From Octopus vulgaris (Eukaryota): DNA of 64,000 nucleotides. Below the pieces are notes generated by a model, which ran no database searches, was not told where the DNA came from, and saw only the letters and a list, made by a program, of their open reading frames with translations. The first letter of the stretch is position 1. Each line of letters starts with the position of its first letter. The position numbers and the translations under genes were made by a program. Location: positions 104,718,001 through 104,782,000 of the forward strand of contig OX597821.1 in the NCBI GenBank assembly GCA_951406725.2, given 5' to 3'. Of the stretch, positions 56,320-64,000 are shown one piece after another.

Positions 56320-57590
56320 AAACTCTGGAAGATTCTCTTCCAGAGTTTTCTTGCAAAGGGCAAGCTGCCAAGCAAAATGAAGGAGGGAATAATATGTCCA
56401 ATCCTTAAAAGAGGAGGCAGAGCAGATGCCAAAAATTATAGTCCTATCTCTCTGACTTCAGATATCAGCAAAATCATAGAACGAATAGTCAGAGCGAAAC
56501 TAATCACATTCCCAGAAGAAAACGACTTGCTGAATGATACTCAGCATGGATTTCGACCCGGTAGTAGCTGCCTAACACACCTCCTACAGCACTATGATTG
56601 GGTCTTGAAGTAGTTACTCAACAACTCAAGTTGATCATGGTCCGATATACCACAAACTCTTCGATATTGGCATAGATGGAAAAGTTGGAGACTGCTTGCA
56701 TGACTTTCTGAAAGGCAATGGTAGCCAATGGAGTCACCTCAAAGAAAACATAAAGAGTTTGTGGTATTCCATAGGGCACTGTTTTGGGACGACTGCTTTT
56801 CATAGTGACCCTCTGAGATATGCCCTCAACTGCCTGGATAGCCACTCTTGCTAGCCATGGAGATGATACGAATGTCTTGCAGAAAATACAAAACGGTAGA
56901 GGTGTTGTACACCGCCAGCAGGAGTTGGATGCAATTTACAGAACAATAATATGCAGTTTAATGCTGGAAACTTCCATTCCCTGCACTGCCAGCACCGAAA
57001 ACTGAACGAATATCTTACAAGGTACACTGGTCAAGAGGAGATTACGATTCTAGAACCTTAATCAGTGTGTGAATTGTGTATCGACATGAGTCATGATACC
57101 TCATTACAAGTGCGCATTAACAAGATAGCGACAATGTGCAGAGAGCTGCTTTGGTTGTTCCTGAGAACTTTTAAATCCAGAGAAAAGGAAACCATGATGG
57201 TCTTCTGGAGGACATTCCTACTCAGCCGCCTGGACTACTGCACCCAAATCTAGTCATCCAACAGTGTAAAATTATCAGGGGACCTTCAAGCAATGCCGTG
57301 AAGCTTCTGAAAGCCAATCGTCAAATTGCAATAGCTCATCTACTGAGAAAGGCTGAAAAGTCCAAGACTGGACTCATTGGAGCAAAAGCGGGGGTGATAC
57401 GTAGTAACATACTTCTGGAAGATCCTGGAAGAGGTTGTGCCAAATTTTGGCATTTAAAGCTAGAAAAATGCCAGAAAGGGTCACCACTGCACAGTGCCAA
57501 AGATCCCAACAATGCCGTCGAGCTTCAGAACTAGTTACTGCAACAACTCGTGTTGAAAGATCCACATTTTTTTATATTCTTCCAAAGAGG
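56320..57590 (+). mobile_element. Decayed CR1-like LINE (RT and C-terminal part)
   Basis: ICPILKRGGRADAKNYSPISLTS, QHGFRPGSSCLTHLL, GIP*GTVLG, GDDT, LRTFKSRE..LSRLDYC; many stops and frameshifts. Confidence 0.8.
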
Positions 57591-58773
57591 TCTCTTTTAC
57601 ACAAGAATTATCTTTTAGTTTTTATATCCTTGCTCTATATTTTCTTCCTATAGACAGACAAACATACAGAGAGTCAGACAGACACACATGCTTTTCCGGT
57701 TTCTTTTTATTCTTTTTGCATTGTGACTTCAGATAACATCGGTGATAAATTAGCCTTTCATTTCTCGGGGATTGATAAAATAAAGCTTTAGTCAGATAGA
57801 CTGGACCCTTCCTCAAATTTTTGTTGACTTCTATATAATTTAGGTAAACTATCACGGCCTTAAATTTTGTTTGTTGACATTCTGGTCGTTACTTGTGTTG
57901 CGAACAGCCTTTCCACGACTGTTTTTTTGGTCGCCATTTTTCTGTTATTGTTCACTTTTTAACAGACATGTAAAACACAGCAACATACAAGTAGATTTAA
58001 TGTAAAATTATTGTTCGGCTCATTTTTTACCGCAAACCTTTTTGGAATATTTAAGTGTCCACCATAAATGTTATTGTACATAAGAATTAGAAATTGCCCG
58101 TGCTGAGTATTACGCTGAATCGTATCACTCTTAAGTTAAAATATTTGTGCATTGTATATCATAAATTCAGTAAAAAAAAAAAAAGACAACATATATCCAT
58201 TTTGAAGATAACAGTTAATTGGGCAAAAACATAAGATTAAAAGAAAAATTATCTAACCGTTATATTTAAAGTTGCGTTTTAATTTCGTCTTGAAATGTCA
58301 AAAGATTAAATGAATATCTTATATTTTTTTTCTGTTTATTAGATATCTTTTCTTTTATCAGTAGATTACTTAACACTGAACACCGTGTTACATGTTTTAT
58401 CAACAATAGAGTGATGTGAGATATAGAGATTTTTACTGTAAATGTAGATATATGAAACAAAATCCGTTCTATAAAATCGATTTATATCACAATGGACTGT
58501 AAAGAATATTCTTTGGTGAACAGGAAACGTAGGTTTATCTTCAGTTCTTCTGTAGAAAACAGAAGCTAAAGCTTAATCATATATAATCTCTTGAAACTAG
58601 AATGGAATGTCTCCATCTATTTACGTTGTTTTTTCTCTCAAATCAGGTGCTGTTTAGTCGTTTTGAAAAGCGATATTTCTGGAAGAATATATGGCTTTCT
58701 AATCGGTGCAGATAGCTAACACTTATGCAGTTTCCTTAATGTTATCTACAATGCTTATGAGACACACACACCT

Positions 58774-58890
<117 letters not shown>

Positions 58891-59019
58891 TAAAAATAAT
58901 TCCAACCTTGTCTGATTTTCGCGTTTTATTTACAATCTTATAATGATATATTATAAGATAATATATTATAATTGAAAAGAATAAAATGAAATAGTAGAAT
59001 GTTAAATATTCATTCTGAT

Positions 59020-59064
59020 TGAACTAGTACTTTCATGCATTGAATTCTGCAATCTTCGGGTTCA
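59020..59064 (-). ncRNA. Minimal type I hammerhead ribozyme in pLTR (element sense)
   Basis: UGAAC-CCGAAGA-UUGCA-gaauucaa-UGCAU-GAAA-GUAC-UA-GUUCA: stem I UGAAC/GUUCA, stem II UGCA/UGCA, palindromic AGUACU stem III. Confidence 0.75.
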
Positions 59065-59559
59065 TGTAGTAGTGTTGACAGTCATGCTTCACAATTTTTG
59101 ACTGTAGCAAGATGATTGATTCTGTGCTATAAATACAGCTGGGAGAGGCTCCAGAGTGCTAGGTTTTGCAAACTGTATTCTGACCAATCAGTGTGTAGTA
59201 TCACTCAATTACTTAAGCTGATTGGTTGGTTGAGCTGATTGGTTTAGGCATCACGCTTTGTTGGACATGTCAAGAGTCCTGTATCTTGACCCTGGCCGAA
59301 GCAGCAATTGTTGAGTTATTTTTAGAAATGTTGTAAATATCCTTTGTCAGAGATTTTTATATTTTTATATTTCAATTGTCATCATCATCATTGTCAGCAC
59401 CTTAATTATTGTTGCTAGTGGTGATGGTGGTGGCAATAGAATTTTTAACCCTAAATAAGATAATTTTCCTGCTATCTTCATCTTGATCACCTTTAGTATT
59501 GTTGTTGTTGTTAGTGGTCATGGTCGTAGCAGTGGAAGTAATACCTCTAAGTATTATTA

Positions 59560-60636
59560 TTATTGCTTATTTAGCTTGGGTTCGAATTTATCAATAAAAT
59601 TCTTTTCTCTGATTTTCCTCTCGATTTCACTTGGGCTGTGTAATTTGTAGAATGGAAATATTATATATATTTTCCGACCACATGTTGCTAGGTGGTTACT
59701 CAAAGGTATCTGACGGACCTCTGGGTCTCTAATCTGTTGCTGGTGTACACGTGAGCGTTCTAATAGTGCGTTTCCCGTCTGACCTACATATATTTCTTCA
59801 CAATTTGGGCATTTGATGCAGTAAATTAAATTTCTGCTTTTGCAGTTCATATTCGCGTTTGTGAATATTTTCCCGGTTTTTGTGTTTATATATTGACCGG
59901 TATGTATGAATTGGCATGTGCCACATCGGCTATCATTGCATTTAGATACCGTGAATGTTTGGTCTTTGTTGCTGAGGTCAAATTTTGCCTTTGTTAGTAA
60001 TGTTTTCAAGTTTTTAGGCTGTCTTCTACTAAGCACCATAGCTCGATCCGTGATTATGTCTTTTAATTCATTACTTTGGGCAATGATTGGTAGGTTTGCT
60101 TTGGCAATGTTGAAGATATTCTGGTGACATGGGTTGTGTGTCACTATGAATGGTATGACTTGTTCTTGTTTTCCTCTTCCTTGGGTTGTCCTAAGTTGTT
60201 GTATGGGTATTTTTATAGCCCGCTGTATGCCATTTTCTATAAGTAGGATGGGTATTTTTGTTTGAGCAAAACTTCTCTTAGTTCTATTAGGCGTTTGTTC
60301 CTGATATTTGTATCTTCTACAATAGTACAAATTCTTCTGGCTAGGCAGTATGGGATGTTACGTTTTGTATGTGGTGGATGGCACGACTTAAAATTTAGGT
60401 ATTGATGTGTGTCTGTGTGTTTATAGTATATATCTGTGGTGATGGTGGTGTCTTTTTTAATTACCATTATATCCAGGAATGGTAATTTGGTACTACTCAT
60501 CTCCTTTGTAAATTGGAGAGATGGGTGTAGGTTGTTCAGGAGGATATTGAACTCTTCCAGAGTATTTAGAGATTCTGTCCAGATTATGAAACAGTCGTCT
60601 AGGTATCTCTTCCATGCCTTTTCGATATACTTTCTA
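59560..60636 (-). pseudogene. Penelope RT (C-terminal part) + GIY-YIG endonuclease
   Basis: Motifs WKRYLDDCFIIW, LPFLDI, DIYYKHTDTHQYL..SCHP, CNDSRCGTC, NLIYCIKCPNCEEIYVGQT, R..H, RE..I..LN; one frameshift near 60245. Confidence 0.92.
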
Positions 60637-60920
60637 AATAATAATACTTTACAACATTTCTAAAAATAACTCAACAATTGCTGCTTCGGCCAGGGTCATG
60701 ATACAGGACTCTTGACATGTCCAACAAAGCGTGATGCCTAAACCAATCAGCTCAACCAACCAATCAGCTTAAGTAATTGAGTGATACTACACACTGATTG
60801 GTCAGGATACAGTTTGCAAAACCTAGCACTCTGGAGCCTCTCCCAGCTGTATTTATAGCACAGAATCAATCATCTTGCTACAGTCAAAAATTGTGAAGCA
60901 TGACTGTCAACACTACTACA

Positions 60921-60965
60921 TGAACCCGAAGATTGCAGAATTCAATGCATGAAAGTACTAGTTCA
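60921..60965 (+). ncRNA. Identical minimal hammerhead in the inverted pLTR
   Basis: TGAACCCGAAGATTGCAGAATTCAATGCATGAAAGTACTAGTTCA. Confidence 0.75.
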
Positions 60966-61068
60966 ATCAGAATGAATATTTAACATTCTACTATTTCATT
61001 TTATTTTATTCGATTATAGGTTGGAATTCTTTTTATTAATATATTCTTCTATACACAATCACACACAC

Positions 61069-61116
<48 letters not shown>

Positions 61117-61133
61117 ATATATATATATAAAAG

Positions 61134-61616
<483 letters not shown>

Positions 61617-61632
61617 CATATATACATACATA

Positions 61633-61708
<76 letters not shown>

Positions 61709-61711
<3 letters not shown>

Positions 61712-61877
61712 CAGATAATAAATATTAGTAAATGATATCCAATAATTACAGGGACAAATCAGATTTAGGGACTTAATCATCCAATTTTATAGTAAAATAT
61801 TATAAAATATAATTCGAGACAAAGCCACTATATTTTAAGTCTTTCCTTGTTTGGTTTTAAAATAGTGGTTTTGTCTC

Positions 61878-61881
<4 letters not shown>
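61709..61881. repeat. Short (TA)n-embedded element with terminal fold-back
   Basis: ATTCGAGACAAAGCCACTAT (61812-61831) / ATAGTGGTTTTGTCTCGAAT (61862-61881), 19 of 20 complementary. Confidence 0.8.
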
Positions 61882-61941
<60 letters not shown>

Positions 61942-61944
<3 letters not shown>

Positions 61945-62633
61945 CGTTGGGTAGGCCGGTTTCCAGGGCAACTCTGGGCTCCTCACACGTAAGGGGTTTA
62001 TCATTACGGCGTATCTTCAGGCCCCAAACACTGCTGGCCAGAAACCTCTTTAAAATATTGAGGGTGTAGTTTCGTTTTAAAGGTAAGACCTTAGATGATT
62101 CTCTCCCTTTTACAATGGTCGTCGACCTTCGGCCGCGCTGCCAACTTCTGGTCACGAAAGCACAACAAATGTAAACGATTGTGTCCATTCGTACTTTTCT
62201 ATTGGTCTTCAGCTGAATCTTTGCCCTGCGGATTCCAAAGAGCCAGAGGAATTTTCTAAAATGCAGACATGGCTCCAGGAAGGAGAGTTGTGAGACATGC
62301 TCGCATTTTAGAAAATTCCTGTTGGCTCTTTGGAATCCACAGGGCAGAACTTCAGCTGGAGTCCAATAGCCAAGGCTGGGGGGTGAAATCATTTACCTTC
62401 GTGAAGCTTTGGTGACAGCGAGATGGTGGTGCAGCCGAAGACCGATGGGCACTGGCAAAGGGAGAGAATCACCTTTGAAACGAGAATTTCCCTCTCCGTA
62501 TTTTGAAGATATGTCCTTATGTGCGAGAAACCCAGAGTAACCCCACAAACCGACCCTACCTCACTATAATATTAACTGATGTACATCTCAGAGTGTGCTT
62601 TTCCTCCGGTTTTATGTATTTCTACAAACGACA
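61942..62633. other. ~690-bp GC-richer rod-like fold-back element inserted in (TA)n
   Basis: Nested inverted segments: 62199-62264/62303-62369, 62097-62143/62424-62470, 61972-61995/62516-62537, 61950-61962/62547-62560. Ends ..AAACGACA. Confidence 0.7.
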
Positions 62634-62849
62634 TATATATATATATATAATCTCTGGGGTAGTTACGAATGCATATCAAAAGGTAACGTCCCGGAAAACC
62701 GAAGAAAGGTGACTTGTTTCAACATTACTATGTTGCAGCAAACAAGTCATTGCTTTTAATGGCATGAATGTGGCTTTGAACTGGTTAAATACGCTGCCTA
62801 TCTTTCTGATTTTGCTTCTTGTGTCTATCATGGATAACATCACCCGGTT

Positions 62850-63630
62850 ACCCTCACCAGTACCGTTACAATGGTCATTCTGAGAAGTTTACTTCTGAGT
62901 ACAAGAATCAGAATAACACCTGTTTTTAGAATTGAAATGTTGGGCCTTGAATAAAGTCTGCTCGTACTATGAATATAAGTTTTGTATTGTGAATCATTGC
63001 AGAGCTGACGATGCAGATGCAAAATGACGTCTCGGTGTGTTTCATAGATTATAGGAAGCATTCAACATCGTAAGGCATGATATGTCATTGGAAGATCTCA
63101 GTAACCTTGATGTACATGGGAAAAACCTCCGAATATAGTAGAGTCTGTATTGGAACCAATCAGCGTTCATGCAGTCGCATGGAGAATGCAATGAATACAC
63201 TAGCATCGAGAGAGATGGACGGAAAAGAATGTTTTGTGTTACTATTGGGTCGTTGCATAATTATTGCAGCTGTTTTTCAACAAATTTTATTTTAAGAAAA
63301 AACAATAACAACATGTAACTAAAAACAGCCTTAAACAATTATTCCGAAGCATATTCACCATCTACTTCAATTACTGCCTCCCATTTGCTTGGTATACGAT
63401 CAGACCGTCATTTAAAGTTGCTTTTTGTTAAATATTATTATTATTGCTTTAAATAAAACTTGTTGAAAAAAACCGGAATGATTATGTACCAAACCGATAG
63501 GTTTCTTCAGATAAGTGAACCAGAATGTACAAAAATCAAGGATTTTACAGTAGGAGGCAGAATCATTTGAAACATAGGATATGTAGATGACACACTCTTA
63601 CTTGGCGAATCGAAGAAAAAAACAGCCTCT
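62850..63630 (+). mobile_element. Decayed RTE-like RT relic, interrupted by a MITE
   Basis: QMQNDVSVCFIDYRK, LDVHGKNLRI..LYWNQSA, then after the MITE GFTVGGRII*NIGYVDDTLLLGES. Confidence 0.6.
63243..63499. mobile_element. Mariner-derived MITE
   Basis: TIRs TATTGGGTCGTTGCATAATTATT..TTTTTCAACAAATTTTATTT / AAATAAAACTTGTTGAAAAA..AATGATTATGTACCAAACCGATA. Confidence 0.65.
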
Positions 63631-63846
63631 GGTTTTAGTGGTCTGAGAATGTGAGAAGAAAGGCCTGTTCATAAATAACAAAAAAAGTCAAAGCGTACAC
63701 AGAAATTGTACACAAGATCCATATACCGAAATGCTGTCTTCCTTCGTTAATGTACGGAGGTGAGGTATGTTCCATAACGTCAGAAATGAGAAGGTGTTTG
63801 GAGAATATTGAGAATAACATGCCTACATAAGAGATATACTATTTAT

Positions 63847-64000
63847 TATTTCTTTACTGCCCAAAAGGGGCTACACACAGAGGGGAAAAACAAAGACAGA
63901 CAAACGGATTAAGTCGATTATATCGACCCCAGTGCGTAACTGGTACTTATTTAATCGATGATATACCGTTAAGCATTTCGCCAGGCGTGCTAACAGTTCT
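63847..64000 (-). mobile_element. SINE family B with Tx1-like tail (internally deleted; runs off window)
   Basis: Minus-strand tail ..CCCCTCTGTGTGTAGCCCCTTTTGGGCAGTAAAGAAATA; CTGGGGTCGATATAATCGAC core; head GTTAGCACGCCTGGCGAAATGC. Confidence 0.8.

Noticed and set aside
61835-62392. 185-aa minus-strand ORF in the rod-like element
   Set aside because: It runs through (TA)n, has no motifs and is probably a chance open frame.

Overview
AT-rich, microsatellite-dense eukaryotic non-coding DNA. It is most likely from an octopus genome, inferred from recognising the tRNA-derived SINE families and the (TA)n/(TATC)n/(TAA)n landscape. I cannot support any host gene exon, and most short ORFs in the track are microsatellite or antisense artefacts. 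The window is a transposon graveyard with clear internal organisation. (i) 1-10.8 kb holds three head-to-tail Tx1-type (L1 clade) LINEs stacked in (CT)n/(TATC)n repeats. (ii) 37.6-42.0 kb holds five co-oriented R4/Dong-type insertions in one (TAA)n tract. (iii) 58.9-61.0 kb holds a 5'-truncated Penelope-like element with inverted pseudo-LTRs, each carrying a minimal hammerhead ribozyme; further hammerhead-like motifs and small fold-back elements sit in (TA)n tracts elsewhere. (iv) Tc1/mariner relics, MITEs, Helitron-like elements, CR1/RTE relics and many SINEs are also present. The most interesting observations are a SINE whose 3' tail matches the Tx1 3' end (a candidate SINE/LINE partnership, including a 97-bp mini-SINE with an 18-bp TSD), retroelement classes partitioned by microsatellite type, a hairpin element with a hammerhead core at its apex, and a ~690-bp rod-like fold-back element.
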